Below, in pieces: positions 25,457 through 35,094 of a stretch of 64,000 nt of DNA. The stretch spans positions 616 to 64,615 of the forward strand of contig NZ_JANYGQ010000023.1 in the NCBI RefSeq assembly GCF_025359345.1, in the 5' to 3' direction. The first letter of the stretch is position 1; every line of letters starts with the position of its first letter. This DNA is from Mucilaginibacter sp. (GTDB taxonomy: Bacteria > Bacteroidota > Bacteroidia > Sphingobacteriales > Sphingobacteriaceae). The notes under the pieces were generated by a model. The model was not told the origin of the DNA, made no database searches, and was given only the letters and a program-made list of their open reading frames with translations. The translations under genes and the position numbers were made by a program.

Positions 25457-27952
25457 TTACTTCACAATTGCCACCCAACCACTCCTGCGTTTGTAATTAT
25501 TATATTTAAGGTCAATAACGTAATAGTAAGTGCCTACAGGTAACCGTTTTGAGTTATAGGTACCATCCCATGCTTTGGAATAACCAATTGAGTGAAATAA
25601 ATGCTGGCCCCACCTGTTGTAAATGTCGATGGTTGCATCTTTGTAGTCCGAAAGGTAAGTAATATCCCATGTGTCATTAATGCCATCGCCATTTGGCGTA
25701 AATGTGTTGGGTATTACAATGTCATTTTTCAACACTTTTACTGTTACCAAAGCCGAAGCTTCGCACCCGGCAGTGGTTGTTGCTGTTAACGTATAAGTCG
25801 TAGTATAGTCTGGCGCTGCCAGCGGGTTTGGTACAGTGGGGTCATCTAACCCGCTGGTTGGCGTCCATTGGTATTTCGCTATATCGCCAGTAACTATCGG
25901 GTTTATCCTGACAGGATCCGAGCCGTTCACAATCACTCCCTGGCTGATGCTTATTGTTGGGATTGCATTTACCACTAAAGTAATGGTATTGCTGCTCACA
26001 ACTGAAGGCGTAGCACACAATGCGTTGCTGGTTAAATTACATTCAATGATGTCATTATTTACAGGGTCGGTTACCGTATAAGCAGCACCCGTCGCCACCG
26101 GTATATTATTTTTGTACCATTGAAGTAAGGGCGAGTTTCCGCCGTTTACTGCGCCTGCAGTAAAACTTACAGGGGTGCCTGAACAAACAGCCGTTGACGA
26201 GCTGGCACTGATATTGACGGAAGGCGACACAGCAGGATTTACCGTTACCGTAACCGCCGCCGTTGCTGTGCAACTGTTTGCGTATGTAGCCAAAACGTTA
26301 TAAGTCCCGCTGGTATGAAAGAAATTTACCGGGCTGCCCGGGGTATCGCCACCATCCCAAGCGTAGGATGCAGCGCCGCTGCCGGCTGTTAGTGTTACAC
26401 TACCGCAATCTGTGGTGTTACCCGAAATAGTTAAAATAGGAGGCACGTCAACCGTGATAGTTTTTGAGGCGGGCATAGTACAGCCGCCGGCATTGGTTGC
26501 GTTTACCGTATAAGTGCCGCTTTGATGAAAGGTATTCGTTTGCTTATCGGGCGTATCGCCGCCATCCCACAGGTAAGATGTGCCGCCGGTTGCTGTAAGC
26601 GTAACGCTGCCACATGTGCTTGCTGTAACCGAAATTACCGGCGCAGCAGCATCAGGATTAACAGTAATTGTTGTGGACTTAGAAGCAGAGCACCCGTTAG
26701 CATCAGTTACCGATACCGTGTAAGTGCCGCTTTGATGAAATGTGTTTGCCGGTTGCCCGGGCGTGTCGCCGCCATCCCATGAATAAGATTTACCCCCGCC
26801 TGCCGTAAGCGTTACACTGCCGCAACCAGTTGTATTGCCCGAAATGACTGGTACCGGGGGAGCCGCAATAGTAACTGTTTTTGAAGTAGACGCAGTGCAG
26901 CCCCCGGCGCTGGTAGTTGTTACAGTATAGGTGCCGTTTTGATGAAAGGTATTTGAAGGTTTGTTGGGTGTATCGCCGCCATCCCATAAGTAAGACACGC
27001 CGCCGCTGGCTGTAAGCGTAATACTGCCACAGATGCTTGCTGTTTGGGAAATTACTGGTGGCGAACCATCAGGATTAACTGTCACAGTTTTTGAGGTTGA
27101 CGTTGTGCAGCCTGCCGAATTAGTGACGGTAACAATGTACGTCCCACTTTGATGAAATGTATTAGTAGCCTTATCCGGGGTATCGCCATCATTCCATAAA
27201 TAGGTTACCCCGCCGTCGGCAGTGAGCACAACCTTGCCACAGCTATTAGTCCCCTCGTTTATATTGATTGGGAAAGGCGGCGGTCGTAAGCCCCAGGTAA
27301 TATTGGTATAAAACTCTTCAGTTGTTGAGTTTATGGTGACGCAGGTAAAATCACCCGGAAACATAATGATCGCGTACCCCTCGGTGCCGGTTAACGAAGT
27401 GCTGCTGTTATATACCATATTTCCACCATCGAACAAAACCACATAAGGGAGCGAGAAATCGAGTTTGCTGCTTATGCCGGCCGAACTACCGAGTGATGCT
27501 ATTAACAACACAGGGTTAGTAACAGTTTTTGAAAAGCACATTGTAGTGGTCCCGCCGGCACCCTTCGACCAAGTTGTTTCCGGAACTTGTGCATCGGGTA
27601 TCGGCGAAGGGTAAGTGCTGAATTTTGAGTAATTGTAAATTCCGGGAGTAGAGCCAAAGTCAAAATTCGACGTCATTGTTACGTTAACCAGGCTTCCATC
27701 TGCGTCGTTAATGGTACCTGTCGCGCTCGCACCTGTAAAACTTCCCCACGACGCCCAGTTGATGTCGTTACAGTTTGCTTGTGAATGTGGAATTGTAGCG
27801 GCAACATAACCGGGTTTCTTTTTCTTTGCTGTTTTTTGATGTGTTGCTTTTTTATAGTTTTTAAGGCGGGGAATTGTTGCACCCGAACTAACCTGTAAAA
27901 ACACAAGAATTATTAAACAAATAAAAGTCGATTGTAGTCTCCCTGGTGCCAT
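25457..27952 (-). CDS. T9SS type-B sorting domain (gliding motility-associated C-terminal domain) surface protein with five tandem Ig-like repeats
   Basis: C-terminus IPNTFTPNGDGINDTWDI...IYNRWGQHLF...WDGTYNSKRLPVGTYYYVI is the T9SS type-B/CHU_C sorting domain. Signal peptide from ATG 27952. Five ~70-aa repeats. Confidence 0.85.
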   Translation of the reverse strand: MAPGRLQSTFICLIILVFLQVSSGATIPRLKNYKKATHQKTAKKKKPGYVAATIPHSQANCNDINWASWGSFTGASATGTINDADGSLVNVTMTSNFDFGSTPGIYNYSKFSTYPSPIPDAQVPETTWSKGAGGTTTMCFSKTVTNPVLLIASLGSSAGISSKLDFSLPYVVLFDGGNMVYNSSTSLTGTEGYAIIMFPGDFTCVTINSTTEEFYTNITWGLRPPPFPININEGTNSCGKVVLTADGGVTYLWNDGDTPDKATNTFHQSGTYIVTVTNSAGCTTSTSKTVTVNPDGSPPVISQTASICGSITLTASGGVSYLWDGGDTPNKPSNTFHQNGTYTVTTTSAGGCTASTSKTVTIAAPPVPVISGNTTGCGSVTLTAGGGKSYSWDGGDTPGQPANTFHQSGTYTVSVTDANGCSASKSTTITVNPDAAAPVISVTASTCGSVTLTATGGTSYLWDGGDTPDKQTNTFHQSGTYTVNATNAGGCTMPASKTITVDVPPILTISGNTTDCGSVTLTAGSGAASYAWDGGDTPGSPVNFFHTSGTYNVLATYANSCTATAAVTVTVNPAVSPSVNISASSSTAVCSGTPVSFTAGAVNGGNSPLLQWYKNNIPVATGAAYTVTDPVNNDIIECNLTSNALCATPSVVSSNTITLVVNAIPTISISQGVIVNGSDPVRINPIVTGDIAKYQWTPTSGLDDPTVPNPLAAPDYTTTYTLTATTTAGCEASALVTVKVLKNDIVIPNTFTPNGDGINDTWDITYLSDYKDATIDIYNRWGQHLFHSIGYSKAWDGTYNSKRLPVGTYYYVIDLKYNNYKRRSGWVAIVK
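26234..27262 (-). repeat. five tandem coding repeats of about 207-210 nt inside the adhesin gene
   Basis: Repeat unit CGSVTLTA.GG.SY.WDGGDTP....NTFHQSGTYTV..T...GC....SKT.TV.P, starting at Cys residues about 243, 313, 382, 452 and 521 (ORF-track numbering). Confidence 0.85.
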
Positions 27953-28122
27953 TATTGTACTTTTCAAAAATACGATTTAAAAAATCAGATTTATGGCAGT
28001 AAAAGCCTCTGCCTGATAAACCTGCATGTAAACGGACAAACCATTAATTAAAAAATAAAATATGGATGGTATTGTAAGTTAAATAATTGTTACCTACATT
28101 TATTTAACTAAACTTTAATCCT

Positions 28123-28635
28123 ATGAAAGCATTTAGCCTGGCACTCCTGCTGCTTTTATTTTCCATTCGTTTATTGGCCCAGGATCCTGAATTTCCGAAG
28201 GAGTTTATTATGCATTTAAAACTGCATAGTGGTATGGTAACCACCTTTAATGGCAATACGCCTGACATTTATACCGGTGGGATCCAACTGGTTCCTCAGT
28301 ATACCTTTGTAACCAACCTGATAAGGGGAGGTGTGATAGCCGATGGGTTTTATACCGACAAAAAGTTGCAGGGCGCATTTGGCCCAACGGTATCCATAAA
28401 GTTAACGACCCTTAAAGCCGAGCCATTTGGCAGTTTGGGAAACATCAATCTCAGTATCGACCATTTGTGGGGTACGGGCAGGCAGCGCTTGCTGGGCGGC
28501 GGTATAAATGCCGACATTGGTAACCTGGTGGTTTTAGGCATAACCATGCATCGGGACTACGGGCTGCATGATTGGTGGCTGCAGAGTTCGCTGGGATTCC
28601 GTATCAGTAAAAAAACTAAAATTAAACCTATATGA
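28123..28635 (+). CDS. hypothetical secreted protein (170 aa)
   Basis: Signal peptide MKAFSLALLLLLFSIRLLAQ. 4-nt ATGA overlap with the patatin gene. Confidence 0.5.
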   Translation: MKAFSLALLLLLFSIRLLAQDPEFPKEFIMHLKLHSGMVTTFNGNTPDIYTGGIQLVPQYTFVTNLIRGGVIADGFYTDKKLQGAFGPTVSIKLTTLKAEPFGSLGNINLSIDHLWGTGRQRLLGGGINADIGNLVVLGITMHRDYGLHDWWLQSSLGFRISKKTKIKPI

Positions 28636-29672
28636 GCAGGGCCTTAGTTATTAGCGGCGGCGGTTCGAAGGGAGCCTTTGCTGTGGGTATTGTAAAAAGA
28701 TTATTGGAGAATTATCCCAATCTTAAGTTTGATATGTATGTGGGCACCAGCACGGGCTCATTAATAGTGCCGCTGCTGGCGATGAACGAAATGGCGCTGC
28801 TGGAAGAAATATACACTACGCAAACCACAAAGGATATTGTGCTGCAAAACAGGCTGGGCGATAGGATAGGGGATGAGTCGATTTTTGATGCCACACCCTT
28901 ATGGAACACATTGGGAAAGAATTATACCGATGACCGTTACAATACCTTGCTGGCAAGCGGCAAGCGCCTGTTTATCAATACCACCTGCATGCAATCAGGC
29001 GAGTTAGTGGTATTTACAACGGATACTGCACCAATTGAACCCGATAATTACCAAATAAAAACTATGGTAGATGCCAATCATTTCCGCCGGGCGGTAATGG
29101 CTTCGGCCTGCCAGCCCGTGTTTATGCAGCCGATAACGGTGAACAGGGATGTACCCGGTGACCCCAACCCAACCTTCCAGTTTGTTGATGGCGGCGTTAA
29201 GCAGTATGTGGGCATAGAAATGGCAATAGATAACGGTGCGACCGAAATTTTCACCATATTACTGTCGCCCGAGGAGGATGCCGTCGACAATGTTAGCTAC
29301 GGGGACCTGTTTGGCATCCTGCAAAAAACTATCGGAATTTTTTCGGACGGTGTGGCCAAGGATGATTTGATTATCCCGCAGCAATACAACACAGCCCTAA
29401 CGTATATCGAGGCCGTAAAATCGAAAATGAAAGCCGGCGGCATAAGCAGTGATGCGGTAGACGAATACTTTAACATTCCCGAAGTAAAAAACCCTTACCA
29501 GGGTAAACAGCCAATAAAGTTTTTCACCTTCCAGCCAACAGCGCCATTGGGAGGTGGCCCGGGCGGCCTGACTTTTGATCCTGTTGAAATGAGGGGTATG
29601 CTGGAAAAGGGAGTGGCCGCAGCAAACGAGTTTATTGCAACTGTGAATCCTGCGGATATTACATGGGGGTAG
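28632..29672 (+). CDS. patatin-like phospholipase
   Basis: Oxyanion GGGSKGAF, nucleophile GTSTGS (GxSxG), catalytic Asp FVDGGV. Confidence 0.88.
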   Translation: MSRALVISGGGSKGAFAVGIVKRLLENYPNLKFDMYVGTSTGSLIVPLLAMNEMALLEEIYTTQTTKDIVLQNRLGDRIGDESIFDATPLWNTLGKNYTDDRYNTLLASGKRLFINTTCMQSGELVVFTTDTAPIEPDNYQIKTMVDANHFRRAVMASACQPVFMQPITVNRDVPGDPNPTFQFVDGGVKQYVGIEMAIDNGATEIFTILLSPEEDAVDNVSYGDLFGILQKTIGIFSDGVAKDDLIIPQQYNTALTYIEAVKSKMKAGGISSDAVDEYFNIPEVKNPYQGKQPIKFFTFQPTAPLGGGPGGLTFDPVEMRGMLEKGVAAANEFIATVNPADITWG

Positions 29673-29700
29673 AGCGAATGAATGGACATTAATCTATGTA

Positions 29701-29821
29701 GCCGTAGAGACGTGATGCTTCGCGTCTCCTGCATGCAAATAAATTTTCGCAATGGGTGTGAGATGTAATTAAGTTACGTGATACCTGTCCTTCGTTAGAC
29801 GCGAAGCGTCGCGTCTACGGC
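29701..29821. repeat. nested palindromic element, family 3 (GCCGTAGA..GCTTCGCGTCT arms)
   Basis: Left arm GCCGTAGAGACGTGATGCTTCGCGTCT. Right arm AGACGCGAAGCGTCGCGTCTACGGC. Each arm is itself palindromic. About 70-nt centre. Lies between convergent genes. Confidence 0.75.
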
Positions 29822-29871
29822 GTAACTAAACTATTTATCCAGACGCCCAGTCAAGAAGAGACGACCAATAA

Positions 29872-31767
29872 CTATTCCCCCGGCAATTCAATCTCAAACT
29901 CCGTTCCTTCACCCGGTTTGCTTTTTACCGTAATTTTGCCCTTCATGGTTTCTATCTGCGTTTTCACCATAAAAAGCCCAAGACCTTTGCCTTCCACGTG
30001 GCTGTGGAAACGTTTGTAAAGGCCAAATAAATCGCCGCCCTTCGCCGCTAAATCAATGCCCAGGCCATTATCCCTAAATTTCAGTATTAATTTATTGCCG
30101 TTCTGCGTGCTGCTGATTTCAATAACCAATGGCTCATTTTCGCGGCGGTATTTAATGCTGTTTGATATAAGATTTAAAAATATACTGTAGATAAACGACT
30201 TGATCGACCTAATATCTGTTACCCCGAACGTGGTTTTTATTGTTGCGCCCGCCTGTGTTACTATCGTATTCAGGCTGCTTTTAACATCGCTGAAAACCTC
30301 GTAAAGCTTTACTGTTTCTTTCTTCTCGTTCAGCTCGTTTTTTGATTGCAGAATGGTGTGCAGGTCGGTAATTACATCATCAAGTTTGGTTATAGACCGC
30401 GAAAGGCCCCGCACGGCTATTTCCCTATCATCGGCATCAAGTTCTACGTCCTTCAGCATTTCGGCGCAACCCATAATGTTTGCCACCGGCGACCGTAAGT
30501 TGTGCGATATGATATAAGTAAACTGCTCCAGGTTTTTGTTCTGCTGTATCAGGTCGTCAATCAATTGTGTTCGTTCAATCTCGTAGTTTTTGCGGGCAGT
30601 AAGATCCTGCATCGCGCCTACCATGCGTAGCGGTACGTTGTTTTTATCGTGTATGATGTAGCCCCTGTCGTAAACATAAGCCATGGTACCATCAGCTTTG
30701 GCGTAGCGATATTCTTCTTCCCAAATATAGCTGCTTTTGTTTGTTATCGAAAACTGTATGCTGTTAACTACCCTTTCGACATCGTCCGGGTGAATTTTGT
30801 TTTTCCATTCTGCATAGTCTCCTTCCAATTGTCCCAGTTTGTAACCAAACACCTTTTCGTAACCTTCGCCCCACTGTATGTGGTATGTTTTTAAATCCAT
30901 GTCCCATATAGCGTCATGGGTGGCCTTTACAACGTAGTTAAACCGCTCGTTGCTGGCGAGCAATTTGTCGTTGACTATTTTTAAATTTTCCTGGTATAAA
31001 AACTGGTCGGTTACCTCGCGGTCGACAACCAGGGCGCCAATAATTTCCCCTTTTTCATCCTTTATTGGCGAAGTAGAAATAGATAAATACACGTTGCCCT
31101 TCTTTGGGTTTTTAATAAGGTATATTTCATCCTTTATAAACTCTCCGTGCAGCGCTCTAACAATTGGCAGGTTATCGGTTGGCAGTAAGGTGTCTCCATC
31201 CTGCTGGTATATGTTAAACCTTTTTGACCAATCGTAAGTTTTTGAATCGACAGGCTCAACTCCAAGTAAATCAATCATTGCCTGATTAAATATCAAAAAA
31301 TGGCCATTTTTGTCAACAACAGCAAGGCCATCGTTTGTGTTGTTAACAACCGCATTTAGCAACTGTTGCCTGGTAAATATTTCTTTTTCGGTAGCGCGGC
31401 GCTCGGTTATATCAATTAAATTAACACACGTACGGGGTTCGCCGTTTTCATCCTTAAAAACCACTGCCGACATTTCGCAGGGGAAACGCTCACCATTTTT
31501 CCTGATACCGATAGCCTCTCCTTTGGCAGCGCCGTGGAGGTCCCTGGTTTGTAAAAATGAAACGAAGTTCGGGTCGGCCAATTCAAACAGGCCGAAGCGT
31601 CCTATCTTTTTAAATTCATCGGTGGTGTAGCCAAAAATATTGCTGGCGGCCTTGTTAATATCCAAAATAGTACCATTGGGGATGGTGAAAAATATGGCAC
31701 TAAGCGAATTGTCAAAAATTGCTTTATAGTAGTTGTTAGTGTTGGTGGTATTCTCGGCTGGCGGCAT
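29872..31767 (-). CDS. cytoplasmic multi-PAS sensor histidine kinase
   Basis: Three to four PAS units, H-box FTYIISHNLRSPV, N/G boxes RDNGLGIDL and GKGLGLFMV. No TM segment. Confidence 0.9.
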   Translation of the reverse strand: MPPAENTTNTNNYYKAIFDNSLSAIFFTIPNGTILDINKAASNIFGYTTDEFKKIGRFGLFELADPNFVSFLQTRDLHGAAKGEAIGIRKNGERFPCEMSAVVFKDENGEPRTCVNLIDITERRATEKEIFTRQQLLNAVVNNTNDGLAVVDKNGHFLIFNQAMIDLLGVEPVDSKTYDWSKRFNIYQQDGDTLLPTDNLPIVRALHGEFIKDEIYLIKNPKKGNVYLSISTSPIKDEKGEIIGALVVDREVTDQFLYQENLKIVNDKLLASNERFNYVVKATHDAIWDMDLKTYHIQWGEGYEKVFGYKLGQLEGDYAEWKNKIHPDDVERVVNSIQFSITNKSSYIWEEEYRYAKADGTMAYVYDRGYIIHDKNNVPLRMVGAMQDLTARKNYEIERTQLIDDLIQQNKNLEQFTYIISHNLRSPVANIMGCAEMLKDVELDADDREIAVRGLSRSITKLDDVITDLHTILQSKNELNEKKETVKLYEVFSDVKSSLNTIVTQAGATIKTTFGVTDIRSIKSFIYSIFLNLISNSIKYRRENEPLVIEISSTQNGNKLILKFRDNGLGIDLAAKGGDLFGLYKRFHSHVEGKGLGLFMVKTQIETMKGKITVKSKPGEGTEFEIELPGE

Positions 31768-31908
31768 ACTTAGGTTAGTAATTAATAAATGCCTGTAAAG
31801 CGCAAACTTGCGATAAGGCGCTCAAAACCTTTGTTTAAAATTAAACAGGTTTTAAAGTGCTAATATAAACCATTTTATTACAAGATATGGGCCGTCACCA
31901 CCCGGTAT

Positions 31909-32409
31909 TTAGCCTAAAAAATCGGGCGGGTACACCTTTTGACCGTATTTTTCGACAACTGTTATAAGCTTTTTAATGCTTTCTTCGTCCATTGGTGGTG
32001 GCGGCAGGAAAGTGCCGGCGTCAACCGGTTTGCCAATTTCTAAAAACATTTCTTCCAGCCCGGCAGGCGTAACAGTGCACAGCAAGTGCGCTAATGTATC
32101 CGTTTTGTTTTTAAAACAGTGCACAATGCCACCTTTGGGTATGTTTACGAAGGCACCTTTTTTCGCAATATAAGTGCCCGCTTCTGATTTTACCTCAACT
32201 TCGCCATCAATCACATAAAACGATTCATCAAAACCCGCATGTGCATGCGGACCCGGGCCGCCATTGGGTGGCACCAACATATCAATAACGGCAAAGGCGC
32301 CGTTCGTTTGTTTACCGCTTATCAAAATGCGGTAGTTATCACCAACTACTGATAGGGTTTGTCCTTCGGTTGGGTTGATGGTAATGGGGGCGGTTTTTAA
32401 GGTTTCCAT
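31909..32409 (-). CDS. cupin domain protein
   Basis: Cupin metal motif GPGPHAHAGFDESFYVIDGEV ... GGIVHCF. Confidence 0.78.
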   Translation of the reverse strand: METLKTAPITINPTEGQTLSVVGDNYRILISGKQTNGAFAVIDMLVPPNGGPGPHAHAGFDESFYVIDGEVEVKSEAGTYIAKKGAFVNIPKGGIVHCFKNKTDTLAHLLCTVTPAGLEEMFLEIGKPVDAGTFLPPPPMDEESIKKLITVVEKYGQKVYPPDFLG

Positions 32410-32493
32410 AGTTTGTACAGCTAGTTTATCGAGACCGTCAATTTTCGGACCAGTAATAGCAACAATAGGTCCATCGGTGTTTTTGCGGGCAGG

Positions 32494-33579
32494 TTAAACA
32501 GTGCCGCCGGGTTTTAAACGCTGTGTTTTGAGGGCAAATGGCGGTCGTAAGAGCCAGCTTTTATTGTTTTGCTTACGTGCCACCAGCCAATAAAAAAAGA
32601 AAGCGGCGGCCGCTCCGGCCAATAGCTGTACGCTCCATACTGGCAATTTACCCTCAAGATTAATCAGCAGGCCTTCGGCACTGGATTTGCCAAAACCAAG
32701 TAAAGCAGGTATGCGGTACCAATAGTAGCACGATACACCCGCTGCAGCAAAAAAACTCACCAGTTTTTTTTCAAATTTCCGGCTTATAAAGGTGTATGAG
32801 ATTGAAAAAATTGTGAGTGTAAATGCTAAGCCAATAAGCGGCATTTTATAAACCGCTACAAATAGATTATTTAAACCTGCTTTTTGTTCATCATGCACCT
32901 GGAACCACCCCCATATAAAGCCCGGCAGCCCACCCGTAATTAAAAACATGCTTAGTCGTTGGTAAATGGTTTTGCCTGACGACACGGGGTGAGTGGTAAC
33001 CGTAGAATCGGGACAGGGAACTACGCAGTTCATGCAGTTGGTACAGTGTGCATTGGGCACCGCCATTAGCACATTACCACCATATAACTTTTCAACAGGA
33101 TGTACAGGGCAGAGGCCAGAGCACCACACACTTTTCCATTCGTAAAATAACCCGGGTATAATGCCCGCCAAAACCAATGTTATTATCAACGAGGCCGTGG
33201 CAACGCCGCTGGTGTTAAAAAAGGCATGCCGCAATGGCACAATAGCAAATAATGCAATTACACCCAACAGGTTTAAAATCCCCGATTGTTTTGCAGTTAA
33301 CTTTTTGCCTTTTGATAACCCCATATGCCGGGGTAACAGGTTTGTAGTTGCCAGTGGGCAAATGTTACGCCACAGGCCGGTAAATACCACCAGCAAAGCG
33401 GGTGCTGCGGGTATAAGTATGTTCCAAAATAACAAAAGACCTGTTCGCGGATAAAACAGCAGGCAGTATAAAATGCCTGCACCAACTAACCAAACACAGG
33501 CTTGAGCAATACGCCAGGCGAACTTTGAACGGGTAGATAAACGGTAACCTTTTTTGGGATTAACTATAGTTTGGGACAT
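32494..33579 (-). CDS. polytopic membrane protein with 4Fe-4S ferredoxin-type motif
   Basis: CTNCMNCVVPCP (CxxCxxCxxxCP) plus CSGLCP. At least 8 hydrophobic helices. Confidence 0.65.
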   Translation of the reverse strand: MSQTIVNPKKGYRLSTRSKFAWRIAQACVWLVGAGILYCLLFYPRTGLLLFWNILIPAAPALLVVFTGLWRNICPLATTNLLPRHMGLSKGKKLTAKQSGILNLLGVIALFAIVPLRHAFFNTSGVATASLIITLVLAGIIPGLFYEWKSVWCSGLCPVHPVEKLYGGNVLMAVPNAHCTNCMNCVVPCPDSTVTTHPVSSGKTIYQRLSMFLITGGLPGFIWGWFQVHDEQKAGLNNLFVAVYKMPLIGLAFTLTIFSISYTFISRKFEKKLVSFFAAAGVSCYYWYRIPALLGFGKSSAEGLLINLEGKLPVWSVQLLAGAAAAFFFYWLVARKQNNKSWLLRPPFALKTQRLKPGGTV

Positions 33580-33769
33580 AAAAAACAGTAACGGCGGCCA
33601 AAGTATAGGTTTAGATTAAGTTATAAAATGATGAACATCACATACCGGCAAGTAGCCTTTTGTTTTCCAAAATGTTTGCTCGTTCGCTTTATAAAATTAT
33701 ACCAGTATTATTTGCCGGGCGGCTGGTGAAATTGTCGGTTTCTTCCAATGCGGGAGGTTGTTTAGTTAG

Positions 33770-33777
33770 TAGTTTTG
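33770..33777 (+). promoter_or_regulatory. candidate -7 box (TAGTTTTG) upstream of the MFS remnant
   Basis: Matches TAnnTTTG, 35 nt upstream of ATG 33812. Confidence 0.3.
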
Positions 33778-33811
33778 CAGATATTTAACGCCGGGCAAAA
33801 GCCGTTCAACT

Positions 33812-33994
33812 ATGTTAACCAATGTTTTAGGTTTTTATAAACAAGCTTACCGGGGCCTCTCGCGGTATAGCTGGTATTTGAGCATGGTGATGCTGGTTAA
33901 TCGCACCGGCACTATGGTAATGCCATTTATGAGTATTTACTGCATTAGTAAACGTCACTTTATTATTGTGCAGGCGGGTGATCAGGATAGATAA
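33812..33994 (+). pseudogene. 5' remnant of an MFS transporter gene (first ~55 codons only)
   Basis: MLTNVLGFYKQAYRGLSRYSWYLSMVMLVNRTGTMVMPFMSIY resembles the N-terminus and TM1 of a Bacteroidota MFS family. The frame closes after 60 codons and only ~140 nt remain before the AraC gene. Confidence 0.5.
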
Positions 33995-34135
33995 TGTAGA
34001 TGAAACTAAAATTAAAGCGAAATAGATTCAAGGTTGGTTATACCAGAGATCTTCGGCCCGTGTTTTTTCCTGGCTCTTTAATCTTGGTTCTTGACTCCAT
34101 AAAATTAACTATCTTTATAATGCAAACCGCGCCAT

Positions 34136-34942
34136 ATGCAATTGCCACCGTCAGCAGCACTGTCATCCATCGTAAAGCACTATCTGATTTTAGAGAGCGA
34201 CAGGAACATTCATTCAAACTACCGTTTATTTTCGGATGGCAACCCCGGCATTGTATTTCATTATAAAAATCAGTTTAAGCAACTTTATCATAACGATACA
34301 AGGGAACAAACGCAGCCGCGCAGTTTTGTATACGGGCAAATAACCCATTACTACGATTTGCAGGCTACCGGCAGCCTGGGTATGGTGGTAGTTGTTTTGC
34401 ACCCTTATAGCATTAATTCTCTGTTTAGGGTATCGGCAGACGAGTTTAATAACGGTACCATCGACCTTGTTGATTTTTATGGCAGCGAGGTGCACAATGT
34501 AGAAGAACAAATACACAGTGCCAAATCCAGCAATGAAATAATTGCCGTTATTGAGAAATTCCTGTTGAAGAAAACTACTGCCGCATACCCCAACGATGCT
34601 GCCTTTAACCAGGCCATCAGCCTGATTTATCAGCATAAAGGTATCGTAACTGTAGAGGGGCTGTTAAAAATAATCCCGGTTACGGAGCGACAGTTGCAGC
34701 GTAAATTCAAGCATTATATCGGCATCAATCCCAAAAGATTTGCGGACGTTGTTAAACTGCAGCATTTTTTAAAGCTGCTTAAAAACCACCCACCCGACGA
34801 CAAACTGGCAGCTATTGTTTACGACAGCGGCTATTACGACCAGGCGCATCTAAATAACTGGTTTAAAAAAAGCTCAGGCGTTACCCCATTACAATACCGC
34901 AGCAACAGCAATTTGCTCGCTATTAATTTTATGCAGATGTAG
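34136..34942 (+). CDS. AraC family transcriptional regulator
   Basis: C-terminal double HTH (..IVYDSGYYDQAHLNNWFKKSSGVTPLQYR). N-terminal sensor domain. Confidence 0.88.
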   Translation: MQLPPSAALSSIVKHYLILESDRNIHSNYRLFSDGNPGIVFHYKNQFKQLYHNDTREQTQPRSFVYGQITHYYDLQATGSLGMVVVVLHPYSINSLFRVSADEFNNGTIDLVDFYGSEVHNVEEQIHSAKSSNEIIAVIEKFLLKKTTAAYPNDAAFNQAISLIYQHKGIVTVEGLLKIIPVTERQLQRKFKHYIGINPKRFADVVKLQHFLKLLKNHPPDDKLAAIVYDSGYYDQAHLNNWFKKSSGVTPLQYRSNSNLLAINFMQM

Positions 34943-35066
34943 GGGAGGAGTCTTAAGTCGGGAGTCTTAAGTCAAAAGTGAATATTCGACTTAGGACTTT
35001 CAACTAAAGACATGCGACTTTTTTCAAAACGTCGGTTTCTTCCAAGTATCCCCACGTCGCAATGGT

Positions 35067-35074
35067 TAGTTTTG
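35067..35074 (+). promoter_or_regulatory. candidate -7 box (TAGTTTTG) for the nitrilase-family gene
   Basis: Matches TAnnTTTG, 21 nt upstream of ATG 35095. Confidence 0.3.
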
Positions 35075-35094
35075 ACCAACATTAAACAAAGCAC

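Noticed and set aside
26234-27262. Regularly spaced ~210-nt repeats considered as a possible CRISPR-like or satellite array.
   Set aside because: They lie in frame inside a long ORF and encode protein-domain repeats. The period and lack of short conserved repeat/spacer structure exclude CRISPR. I saw no CRISPR array anywhere in the window.
34000-34266. 88-aa ORF overlapping the AraC gene start, and 35012-35236 overlapping the nitrilase gene start.
   Set aside because: They are out of frame with and overlap well-supported genes, and have no motifs. The AraC protein aligns from MQLPPSAALSSIVKHY at 34136.
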